Assembly: GCF_006345805.1 (NCBI RefSeq)
Contig: NC_043001.1
Coordinates: 127,596,001 to 127,660,000 of the forward strand
Source of the DNA: Octopus sinensis
Taxonomy: Eukaryota
Length of the DNA: 64,000 nt
Direction: 5' to 3'
The notes under the pieces were generated by a model. That model was not told where the DNA came from, ran no database searches, and saw only the letters and a list, made by a program, of their open reading frames with translations. The position numbers and the translations under genes were made by a program. Positions 27,029 to 39,090 of this stretch are shown here, piece after piece. The first letter of the stretch is position 1, and the number at the start of each line of letters is the position of its first letter.

Positions 27029-27471
27029 GTGTGTGTGTGTGCGCATGCGCATGCAAGGGAGACGTACCTATATATCTGCTGCCCTTGACTTTGTTTCCTC
27101 ATAACGTCAAGGTAAATGGATATGTTTTTATGAAAATTACAAAATATGCTTCAGATAGTGTAGATTCTGATTATGTAGGAATTTATGGTGAAAATTATTT
27201 TTCAGATGGTGAGGTGAGGAGTTTCGAAAAATTTACAATAGTCAGCTTTGAAATTTTCTACACACAACTTCCAGAATGTGGCCATTCCAATTATATCAAA
27301 ATTTAATATTAAAAAAAACTTGGTGGGTTCATACACATACATACTGACACACATCATGTCTACAAAATGAAACTAGAAATTTCAAAAAAAATATTGTGAT
27401 ATGTATCAAAAAGTATATGTACAAGTCCATTTCCTTTTAATATTAAATTCTGGTATAATCATAATCTACAC

Positions 27472-27650
27472 CAGTGGTTTTCAACCAGGGTTCTGCAAGA
27501 AGTTACAAAACTGCTAAAATCGGCAGTAATTTTTCATTCTCCTGTGCAGATATGTGTGCATAAGACTATTAAATTATTGCACAGGGGTTCCTCGAGCCAG
27601 TGGAATGTTTCCTTGGGGTTCCGCTCCAGCAAAAAGGTTGAAAAGCACTG
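27472..27650. mobile_element. hAT-type MITE
   Basis: TIRs CAGTGGTTTTCAACC / GGTTGAAAAGCACTG; 8-bp TSD ATCTACAC. Confidence 0.9.
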
Positions 27651-28138
27651 ATCTACACACTCTCTGACCCGTCACTAAGCCCCTGCAACCCCTGTGGTCG
27701 CAGGGGGCCTCTGCAGTCGAGGGGCCCCATGTTTAGATAAGTACATAGATGAGTCATCTATTTACTTTGGTTAAGATGTTGAGCAAGAATTAAACTATGT
27801 TAACTGAAAATTTCAAGAAATAAAATGGTAATACATTGTACCTGCAAAAGTTCTTGCAAAAATATTACATTGTACCATTAACGTGTACCAGACTTTGTGG
27901 ATTGTCTATGAAATCTATTGAACATGAACTTAACAATCAGCTTGATTATTCTGAACTGAATGATGATTTCACTAAGTGAAAAGTGCACCGTATTTGTCTT
28001 TGAAAGTTGCCTGGATTATAAAAGTGTTCTTTATTCATATCTGGAAGTTTTACTTGTTGAAATTTGTAAGTGACCTAAATAAATTTAACATGTTGTACTT
28101 ATAAAGATGTTCTTTAGGATAACGAGAAATATTGAACT

Positions 28139-29000
28139 TCAGAGGTGTGTGAAAAAGTGCCAATGCCTAGCAGTAGAGGGAACCCATGGAAGAGGTAGAC
28201 CCAGGAAAACCTGGGACGAGGTGGTGAAGCACGACCTTCGAACTTTAGGCCTCACCGAGGCAATGACCAGCGACCGAGACCTTTGGAAATATGCTGTGCG
28301 TGAGAAGACCAGGAAGGACAAGTGAGTCCAGCCCACTTAAGCATGTCTTTCCTCCCTTGGACACACAAAGACCTATTGAAGCAAGCAAAGTCGAAATCGA
28401 ACCTCATCTGATGACAGGCACCCATGCCAACCTCACTTCATTGTACACTAAACTCTGCTTTCGACCCTGTGTTTGAGGAGATCCATTGAGTCAAGTACAC
28501 CGACATCAAAATCAATGGAAACTGCAGTTGTGATCCCTGAGCTGGTGGCACGTAAAAAGCACCATCTGAATGTGGCCGATGCCAGCGCTGCCTTGACTGG
28601 CTTCCGTGCCGGTGGCACGTAAAAAGCGCTATCCGAATCGTGGCCGATGCCAGCCCCACCTTGACTGGCTTCGATGCCGGTGGCACGTAAAAAGCACCAT
28701 CCAAATCGTGGCCGATTGCCAGTGCCGCCTTGACTGGCTTCTGTGCCGGTGACACGTAAAATGCACCAATCCGATCGTGGCCGTTGCCAGCCTCGCCTGG
28801 CACCTGTGCAGGTGGCACATAAAAAGCACCCACTACACTCACGGAGTGGTTGGCATTAGGAAGGGCATCCAGCTGTAGAAACACTGCCAGATCAGACCGG
28901 AGCCTGGTGCAGCCTTCTGGCTTCCCAGATCCCCGGTCGAACCGTCCAACCCATGCTAGCATGGAGAACAGACGTTAAACGATGATGATGATGATGATGA
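28139..29000 (+). mobile_element. RTE-clade LINE 3' portion (ORF C-terminus, 3' UTR repeat array, (GAT)n tail)
   Basis: VEGTHGRGRPRKTWDEVVKHDLRTLGLTEAMTSDRDLWK is a typical RTE C-terminus; five ~57-bp UTR units; ends GACGTTAAAC(GAT)n. Confidence 0.9.
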
Positions 29001-29179
29001 TAGCTATGAATAAGAGGTGCATAGGTTATGAATTTTGATTGAAAGGGATGGGACCTCAAAACAAAAAGTTGCAGGTAGCCTCTAAAAGACATGTAATGGA
29101 GTTGCATACTCTGAAAGGTATTTGTAGAGAATTACATTAATATATACACTTTTTGTTATTGTTGTTTTTTGGGGTTTTT

Positions 29180-30350
29180 TTAAGCAATAAGGAATCAAAG
29201 CCAACTCATGAGAATTTTTCCCTAAACTCCTCACCCACCTTTAATTAAATTGGAACTTCTCACCACAAATTCCAATATAATCATAATCAATACCATCCGA
29301 AGCGTATCTGTAGTAAATTTTATCTAAAAAATATACATTTTTCTAGAAGTTATGAGGAAACAAAGTTGGATGCACAATTGAGTAGGTATACCATATATAT
29401 GTACATACACATGCACATTATTATTTACTATTTTATTTACCTATTATACTTATACACACACACAAAAATGAGCATTTCCTACAAGTGTGCCTCCCCACCA
29501 CCGACTTTGTTTCCTCACAACTCAGAAAAATGAAATTTTTATTTATTGAATTTTTCTATAAATATGCTTCAGACGGTGTAAATTCTGATTATATCGGAAT
29601 TTATTACAAAAATAGTTTGTTTGTTTTTCCTATGGGTCGGAAGAGGAGTTCCGGAAAATTCACACGAGTTGGTTTTGTTTCCTCATAACTTTCAGAAAAA
29701 CAGGTATTTTTTTAATAAAATTTTCTACAAATACTTTTCAAAGTGTGTAAATTACGATTCGACTTTGCCTTTCATCCTTTCGGGGGGTCGATAAATTAAG
29801 CACCGGTTACGCACTGGAGTCGATGTAATAGACTTAATTCATTTGTCTGTCCTTGTTTGTCCCCTCTGTGGGCAATATCTTTGTGCCCCTTGAGGGCAAT
29901 AAAGAAACATATATCGGCATTTGATGTGGAAAAAAAATAATGAACACACACACATACATACATACTAACAAATACCACAACTGTTTTAGAAATTTCAAAT
30001 TACATTTCGTCTATAATATTATGTGACGTGTGTCAGTATGTATGCGTATGATGAGCCCAACAACCTTTTTTGTTGTTTTTCTTCTTTTTCCATATTAAAT
30101 TCCGATATAATTGTAATCTAACACTGGAAAGTATTTATAGAACATTTCATTGGCGAAATTACCCATTTTTCTGAAAGTTATGAGTCAAGAAAGCCGTCTC
30201 ATATGAATTTTCAGAAAACTCCTCGCCCCATATCTTCGAAAAACTTTTTAACCACATATTCCGATATAATCAAAATCTAGACCATCTGACGCATATCTGT
30301 AGAAAATTTAATTTAAAAAATTTTAAATTATCCATTTTTCTGACACATGT
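29180..30350. repeat. Unclassified foldback-like repeat cluster, related to ~27088-27470
   Basis: GAAGTTATGAGGAAACAAAGT (~29346) is inverted relative to ACTTTGTTTCCTCACAACT (~29504); the module recurs in both orientations. Confidence 0.55.
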
Positions 30351-30592
30351 GTAGGAATGCCCCCCCAAAAAAAATCAAGAATTTCAAGCGGAGTGAATAA
30401 GCTAAAAATGTAGACTGAAAGCGGATCAACACTTTTCCTGAATATGAGCTGCGTTTAATATGTCCACGGGCCTTTTGTCACTAAATATCGGGTGTTTGTT
30501 TGCTTGTATATATATATATATGTGTGTGTGTGTATATAAATGTTTATGTATATGTGATTATGTGTCTGTGTATATATATATGTGCGTGTGTG

Positions 30593-30632
<40 letters not shown>

Positions 30633-31249
30633 TACATTATATAATTAGGGCTTAGTAAAATAAATTACTTAGCCACATAAATTAATAACTAATTAATTTT
30701 ACCCTCAATTACTGATATATATATATATATATATATATACACTGATTTGTTCTGCTTTTTATATTTAACCCTACAGTCTCTTATGTGGTGGTTTAATAAA
30801 GTATGTGATTGAGTATTATCTGGTAATTGATATTTGATTTAGATGTATTTCTCCATTTTCTTATCTTGTATATATATATATACTTACACACGTACATATA
30901 TATTATAGAGAGTGTGTGTGTGTGTATGCATGTATGTGTAATTATTCTACTAGTAAAGGCTTCATGAAAACAACACAAATTCATAAAAACTAAACATACA
31001 AAACACCAAGCCAGTACAGCAACCCGCGGGGTGGGCTGCGCTAGCGCGCGCACGCACCTACGTGTAGGTGCGTGCGCACACACAAACTTAAAAGAGAATC
31101 GTGAATTAACAGTATTCAAAAAAACAAAGCAAAGCAAAACTTTGAAAACGAAAACATAGCAACAAAATACGTGACTAAATACAAAAGTTATACAGCAAAA
31201 AAAAATAATACACTGAAAATAAATTTTGCGTTGTTGTTGAAAACTATAC

Positions 31250-31302
31250 CTAATTTTCTCATAAACAAAGGTTTGAATATTACCCCAGGCAGCAGTGAAC
31301 AT
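31250..31302 (-). CDS. KIAA2013: Coding exon 1 of a KIAA2013/DUF2152-like type II membrane protein (MFTAAWGNIQTFVYEKI+AG)
   Basis: ATG at 31302 (gacATG context); donor AG|GTATAG; 53 nt, phase 2, which matches the only open frame of exon 2. Confidence 0.75.
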
Positions 31303-31336
31303 GTCCAACCTGACATTAGATTGAATGTGAATGAAA

Positions 31337-31382
31337 GACTGAAGTAGTGTGTGAGTGAGTCATTACGTCACACACACGGAAG
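31337..31382 (-). promoter_or_regulatory. Candidate core promoter of the KIAA2013-like gene
   Basis: Inr-like TTCAGTC (minus, 31343-31337), AP-1 TGAGTCA 31356-31362, CRE-like TTACGTCA 31363-31370 and ETS core CGGAAG 31377-31382, all within ~80 bp upstream of the ATG. Confidence 0.5.
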
Positions 31383-31659
31383 CATTCACACGATCTGTGT
31401 ACAAATACACATTACGTACATAGGCGCAAGCGTGGCTCTAAGATAAGTTTGTTTCCCAACCAAACAGTTCTTGGTTCAGTTCCACCGCGTGGCACCTCTA
31501 CCTTTATTATAGCTCTGGACCGACTAAAGCCTTTTGAGTGAATTTGGTGAACGGAAACTGAAAGAAGCTCTGAGTGTGAGAGTGTGTGCGTGTATGCTTG
31601 CGTAAATGTATATGTGTGTGTATATATAAGTGTGTGTGTGTGTGTGTGGTGTGTGTGTA

Positions 31660-31946
31660 CGATCGTGAGGTTGTGAGTTCGAATCCAGGACCGAGCTGCG
31701 TGTTGTGTTCTTGAGCAAGACACTTTATTTCACGTTGCTCCAGTTCACTCAGCTGTAGAAATGAGTTGCGACGTCACAGGTGCCAATCTGTATCGGCCTT
31801 TGCCTTTCCCTTGGATAACACTGGTGGCGTGGAGGCCGGTATGCATGGGCGACTGCTGGTCTTCCATAAACAACCTTGCCCGGACTTGTGCCTGGGAGGG
31901 TAACTTTCTAGGTGCAATCCCAAGGTCAGTCACCGAAGGGGGTCAC
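31660..31946 (+). mobile_element. SINE family D with CORE/V-like central domain; inverted copy at ~40288-40625
   Basis: B-box GTTCGAATCC followed by GTGTTCTTGAGCAAGACACTT..CAGCTGTAGAAATGAG; second copy on the minus strand. Confidence 0.75.
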
Positions 31947-31951
31947 AGCAG

Positions 31952-32013
<62 letters not shown>

Positions 32014-35000
32014 TATATAAGGCAGTGAGCTGGCAGAACTGTTGGCACGCCGGGCGAAATGCTGGACGTTATTTCGTCTGCCGTTACGTCTTCAGTTCAA
32101 ATTCCGCCGAGGTCGACTTTGCCTTTCATCCTTTCAGGGTCGATTAAATAAATACCAGTTACGCCCTGGAGTCAATGTAATCAACTTAATCCCTCTGTGT
32201 TTAGTCAGGCTAAATTTGACAATTTCTGTGTGCCTTCCTTTTTTCTGGAACATCTTGGTATACTGGTGAACAGTCAACAGCATTGGAGAGCATAAAGATT
32301 AAAACGTATAGTTGAGAACATGGAGGACTGGAGGCCTGCCAAATTTTGGAAAACAGCTACCTGTATCAAATTTGGGACGATAGAGTCACATGGCACTATG
32401 TACTTGTTCTTGACAAGTTCTAATTGTTGAACTCTTACCTGTATTTACCTGATGAAAACAGTTATTTTGTATGATGCAGCACTTCTGTTCACAATAACAA
32501 AAGAAAACTTCTGAAACAGCTGTAGTGAACTACTATCCATTAGTTATTTGTTTGTGTGTGTATATATGTGTGTGTCCACCACCACCTGACAACCAGTATT
32601 GGCTTGTTTACACCCCTCTAACTTAGTGGTTCAGTAAAAGAAACCATTAGAATAAGTATCAGGCTTAAAAGGAAAAAAAAGAAATAGGTACAGGGATTGA
32701 TTTGTTTGACTAAAATATTTCAAGACATTGCCCTTCATTGTGGCAATTCAATGAAAGCAACAGGTTACAAATACATATATAGGGAGATGGCTAGCAAGGA
32801 CCGATCCAGAGGGGTGGGCAAAAGGGCACGTGCCCTCCTCAAGAAAAATGTTATTATGCCCTTTTCTCCCAGAATTGTATTTCCGTCTGACCTGGCGCTC
32901 TCCCTTCGAAAAATTTCAGGGACTCCACCTGGTCAGATAGATGTAAACAAAAATAAATGCTGGAAAAAATGTGCATCCATTAAAAGAAAAGGATTTAGTT
33001 CTAGAGTGTTTTAAAAATTTATATTAGTAAGTTACTAAGTCATATTAGTAAGTTATTAAATCTTAATATGTACACCCATTAAAACAGAATGAAACTCCCC
33101 ACACAATAAAATATGTATACAATCACACACACACACGTGATGTTCATTCATCAAGTACAAAGAACTTGAAATAACCACCATGCTCTCTCTTATTAGCTGA
33201 TATGCTATCAGCTAAATTACTTGGGCACTTGCTTAAGGACATCCCAAGCCTATCACCATTTCTGGTGGTAGTAGGAGGTCTCAAAGAGCCCTCTCTATTC
33301 TATTTTGCTGGTGACAAGAGGTAGAATTTGAACTCAATGTCACCATCATCATTTAACATCCATTTTCCATGCTGGCATGGGTTGGACGGTTTGACTGAAA
33401 AGTGGTAAGCTAGGGAGCTGCACCAGGTTCCGATCTGATTTGGCAAGGTTTCTACAGCTGGATGCCCTTCCTAATGCTAACCACTCCGAGAGTGTAGTGG
33501 GTGTTTTTTTTTTACATGCCACCAGCACAGGTGCCACTGACCTGACACCGACATCGGCCACAACTGCAGTCTCACTTGGTCTGACAGGTCTACACAAGCA
33601 CAGTATATCGCCAAACATCTTGGGCACCTATCACTGCCTCCATGAGGCCCAATGCTTTAACGGTGTATAAAGTCAAAACAGATGTTGCAAGGCATGTTGT
33701 CTGATGCCCTGACATCCCAACGCTGCATCACTAAAATCTGTCACTTTATCATTCCAGAAGGAATGAAAGGGAAATTTGGAGTAGGTTAGATTTGAATTCA
33801 GCATGCAGAGAACCAGAACAAGTTCCACAAGGTGTTCAAGTTAATGCTCTAACAACACCACACATTTATGTGCTTGCTGCCCAACCACGCAGTTTCAGGT
33901 TCAGTCCCACTGCATGAGACTGAACCTGAAATCAGGTAGTGTGTATGTGTGCATACACACACACACACTTATACACATACACACAATATATGGCTTCTGT
34001 GCCGGTGGCACATAAAAATCACCATCTGAACATGGCCAATGCCAGCGCCGCCTTGACTGGCTTCCGCGCCGGTGGCACGTTAAAAGCAACAACCAATCGT
34101 GGCCGCTGCCAGACTCCCCTGGCACCTGTGCCAGTGGCACATAAAAAGCACCCACTACACTCGCGGAGTGGTTGGTGTTAGGAAGCGCATCCAGCTGTAG
34201 AAACACTGCCAGATCAGACTAGAGCCTGGTGCAGCCTCCTGGCGTCCCAGACCCCGGTCGAACCGTCCAACCCGTGCTAGCGCGGAAAACGGATGATGAT
34301 GATGATGATGACATCAAAAGTTAGCCAATGAGTTCAGAGTTATAAAAGTGTTTGCTACAATATTTTCAGGTATTTAATCCTTTTCTCTGCACTCTTAAGA
34401 TCAACCCTGTCTTTCATCCTTTCAAGATCAATAAATAGTATATCAGTCTACAGCAATGAGCTATCAGAACTAGCAAAGTAGCGGACAGGATGCAATATCG
34501 CGTATTTTGTGCACGAGTACCATATAATTCACATTATAGTCAAAGAGAAATTCTTTTTGCAACCATCAGAAGTAATAGATTTCTGAACTTTTTTCATCCC
34601 AGTCTTACTCTGGCAATTAATTTATCAGAATATCTATTAAGTGGTCAGGAGAAAAGACACTTTCTGGTCAGTACTCATGACTTCCCTCCAGGACAGAGGT
34701 CACTTGAGTACCACATGTACACACAAAGTGACAAAGAAATGCACACACACACACACACACACACATTACTTTTAATTGGATTGGCAGAATCATTAGAGTA
34801 TCAAATATAAAGCTGTGCAGTATTTAGTTACACCCTTTCTGAGTTCAAATCCTGCTGAGGTCAGCTTTTCATTCTTTCAGGGGGTCAATAAAATAAAGTA
34901 CTGATCAAGTTCTTAGAACAGTTTAATTGACTGTACTCCTGCCAAATATTTGAGACTTTGTGCCTCAAAAAGTTGGACTGTGTGTAGCCAATTTGTGGCA

Positions 35001-38000
35001 AGCTGGCAGAATTGTTAGCATGCCAGGTAAAATGCTGAGTGTTATTTTGTCCACCTTTACATTCTGAGTTCAAATTTCACTGAGGTCAACTTTGCTTTCG
35101 TCCTTTTGAGGTTGATAATATAAGTACTATTTGAGCACTGGGGTTGATGTAAGCAGCTTATCCCCTCTTACAAACTTGCTGACTGTGCCAAAATTCTAGA
35201 CCAATATTTAATATAACCAATCGTTATATTAAAACTAAAACTCAGTAAGCTTACATGAATACACAGTAATACTTTAAAAAGGAAACTTCAGACTATACAA
35301 TAAATATTAATATTCTCTGATGAAAATACCAGCAAGGAAAACAAACAAACCATATCAGATGATAAAAGGAGAAGGCCAAAGTCCAAAAGTCAGATAATAT
35401 AGTTTGAAATGAACTGTTCACTTAAGTGAATGAGAGGGAGGGATACAAAAGTTTAAAACTGCTGTACTCACACCATCAGTGCACACACACATACACACCC
35501 CAGCATGTACACAAACACACACACAGGTAGACGTGAATAAAGTGATGCAGGTATAGATTCACAGAGCCATACAATGACTAAGGAGGGACACAATGACAAG
35601 CACACACACACACATATTCAATTAGAAATGCCACAGTTAGCATTGTAACAAGACAATTATGAGAATAAAATACATTACAAATTCCAGGACAATGAAGACA
35701 AACAAAAGGATTTTCCCATCTGTTTTTGTTACATTTCTTAGTAATGAGATAAAATCTAATTTCCCTTGGGTCTTTTCACTAAATGTTGGGGTTTGTAAGG
35801 AGAGAAAACAATTTTTTTTTTCTTTTTCAGGTAGCTTTTAATTCTATGGAGTGATGAAAGAAGGTTGCCCCTGGTGGGACATCAACTCAAAATATCAAGG
35901 AATATCGCAAAACACTGTAAGACATTTCAACTACTCAAACTACAGAAAAATATAATAACCTTTTTTATTTCTTTTTCTTTTCTTTTTTTTTTGTATTTAT
36001 TTACTCATTCATTGTTTTAACTTGTTTTAGACATTGGACTTCAGCCACGTTGGGGCACTGCCTTGAAATCTAGTACTTATTCTGTTGGTTTCATTTTTCC
36101 AAACTGATAACTTATAAGGATGTAAACATCCCAAGAATGGTTATGGACAAATGAGAGACAAAGACATGCATTACATACATACACACACACACACACATAC
36201 AACATAGCTTCCACTTAACTAAACAAGTATGACTTGATAATATGCACCACACTTTCACTAATCATTTTAGGAGTTTGTTTAGTTGTGAGCAGACAGTCAC
36301 CTCCTTCCCAGTCACCTTCTCAGCCTTCCCATGGTCAACCCAGTAGAACATCTTGGATGTGACAGCTAAAGGAAAGAGGGCTGATACCCAGCTTCAGTCA
36401 AGTAGAGTGGAGCTGCATGAAATGAAGTGCTTTGCTCAAGGACATCTCAGGATTCTGTATAGTTTCTGTCTTCCAAACCAAAATCCCACATAGAGCATTG
36501 ATTAGCTCAGAGCTATAACAGAAAGCACACCTGTCCAAAATACGGCACATTGGGACTGAAATTGAAACCACATGATTGCAAAGCAAACTTCTTGGCCACA
36601 CAGCCATGTCTGCACCTGTGTGGTTTTGATTATATATTTTTGAAACGAACTATGAACTGGGTTTTTTTTAAAGGAGCTGATCTGGATATTTGAATGGACC
36701 TGGTTCGCTGTAAAGCATTTTACTTTGGACCCATCAAGTAATTGTAATAAATACCTTTATTTTGTAAATGACCATATGGATTCCTTTTGTATAGCTCCTT
36801 TAAAAGATCTTAAAGTAATTCTTAACTGGATTATCTTTTGAAAAATGTTGGTTTTTATTCCAGTTTTACAAATGTAACACTTTTGGCTGATCTGAGAGGT
36901 TTTTTTTTTTCTTTTTTTTAAACAAAACACAGCTTCAATATGCTCTCAGAAAAGGAGCTGGAGCAAATTGCGGTCAATGTGGAATAGGATATGTGCTCCA
37001 TCAACCAGAACAGACAATCTGAAAATGCACACTTGCTTTTAAAACCAAGGATCACCTATTATCAAATATCCCAGTGTACAGGGAAAAGAACTACAGGGGC
37101 TACAACTAAAGATAATGGTAGTAACGTTGACAGCTTACTATCACCACTGCAGCACTGTGCCAGCAGCAAATCCAAGGCACTCAGTTTGCAGGTGAGGTTC
37201 ATGGGCTGCTTTCATCCTACAAAGTGGTAATTACTGCATCTTATGTGGGGTAGGTAGCTCTTCTTTGCATTCATTGTGTATAGCAAATTTTTAACCTGTC
37301 TTAGTATATTGTGTTTTTGCTTCTGTTTATTCCACAGATACATGTCTTTTTAACATAATTTATTGGTAAATTAGTGTGACAGCATGTAAGAAGGCAGGAC
37401 ATTTTAATTACAAGTTCAATCCATTTACAGTTACCTATTTCTTTATTACCCACAAGGGGCTAAACATAGAGAGGACAAACAAGGACAGACATAGGTATTA
37501 AGTCGATTACATCGACCCCAGTGCGTAACTGGTACTTAATTTATCGACCCCAAAAGGATGAAAGGCAAAGTCGACCTCGGCAGAATTTGAACTCAGAACA
37601 TAGCTGCAGACGAAATACGGCTACGCATTTCGCCCGGCATGCTAACATTTCTGCCAGCTCGCCACCTTATCCATTTACAGTTACCATCTACAGTTTTACT
37701 CACAAAGTACAAGTTGACCTGAAGCTATGGTTCACACATCTTCAAGGCCTCTTGAGCCCAATAAAATAGATAAGCATAATTGTTGATCAATATCATTATT
37801 ATTATCAACAAATAAATACAATTGATTATCAGCAAAGATAACTTCAGCAATCAGGACTAGTATGTATATTGATTTGAAGCCATATAAATAAGTGAAACAA
37901 AGTTTAATCATAAGGAGACAGATAAGGGCCCAAAGTAATCCATAACGAGTAACCTTGGCAGCAAACTAATCCATATAGAGCATCTAAGACGGTGACCTGG

Positions 38001-38227
38001 CAGAAATGTTAACACGCCAGTCCAAATGGCTAGCGGTATTTCATCTGCCGTTACGTTGTGAGTTCAAATTCCGTCGAGGTCGACTTTGCCTTTCATCCTT
38101 TCAGGGTCGATAAATTAAGTACCAGTTACGCACTGGGGTCGATGTAATCAACTTAATACCTATGTCTGTCCTTGTTTGTCCCCTCTGTGTTTAGCCCCTT
38201 GTGGGTAATAAATAAATACATATAGAG

Positions 38228-38493
38228 CAGTGGTTCTCATCTAGAATTTATATGACCCGGGGTGGGGTGGGGGTCCATACAAGACTTTGTTGCTAAAATT
38301 TCATGTGCAATAAACTGGTTCTACTTCTATAATAAACAAAATATTTTAACCATCTTTTAGTACAATTCCTTATGATATTGAAGTATAAAAATAAAATAGG
38401 GTTTTTTTTAAACATCAAATGGCTATAAGGATCCACCTGTGTAAAATGGGAATCAAAGGAGTTCACAAGCACAAAAACGGTTGAGAACCACTG
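38228..38493. mobile_element. hAT-type MITE, second family
   Basis: TIRs CAGTGGTTCTCA / TGAGAACCACTG; 8-bp TSD ATATAGAG. Confidence 0.85.
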
Positions 38494-39057
38494 ATATAGA
38501 GCACTGGCAGTTCTTCATATATACATAAACATACATACACACACTCTCACAACAAGAATGCTCACAAGGGTATATGCTTAATCCCATGCACAAAATACAT
38601 ACACTAGGCTCTTTGTCTGAGATGCCATACAATGGGATCAAACCAAATCACACAGTTATGAAGCAAAATCTTTAATGACTTGGCTATGCCTGTGCCTCCC
38701 CCCCCCACACACACACACACATCATCATCATCATCATTTAATGTCCCTTTTCTCATGCTGTCATGGGTTGGATGGTGCAGCATGAACAGGCAAGCTGGAG
38801 GGCTGCACCAAGCTCCAGTGTCTGATTTGGCATGGTCTTTATAGCTAGATGTTCTTCCTAATGTGAACCACTTCACAGAGTGGCTGTGTGGTAAGTAGCT
38901 TGCTTACCAACCAAATGGTTCCGGGTTCAGTCCCACTGCATGGCACCTTGGGCAAGTGTCTTCTACTATAGCCTCGGGCCGACCAATGCCTTGTGAGTGG
39001 ATTTGGTAGACGGAAACTGAAAGAACCCCGTCGTATATATGTGTGTGTGTGTGTGTG

Positions 39058-39090
<33 letters not shown>

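Noticed and set aside
30793-31249. Remainder of the 171-aa ORF 30793-31308
   Set aside because: Only the first ~18 codons are exonic; the rest is low-complexity intron read-through
32449-32460. Other CTGATGA occurrences (e.g. ~4642, 6470, 13028, 32449, 35317, 45708) as hammerheads
   Set aside because: No stem II followed by GAAA and no stem I pairing
36933-37190. Apparent plus-strand exon (poly-T...cag acceptor, CAG|GTGAGG donor)
   Set aside because: Stops in all three frames and no partner exons found; at most a non-coding exon
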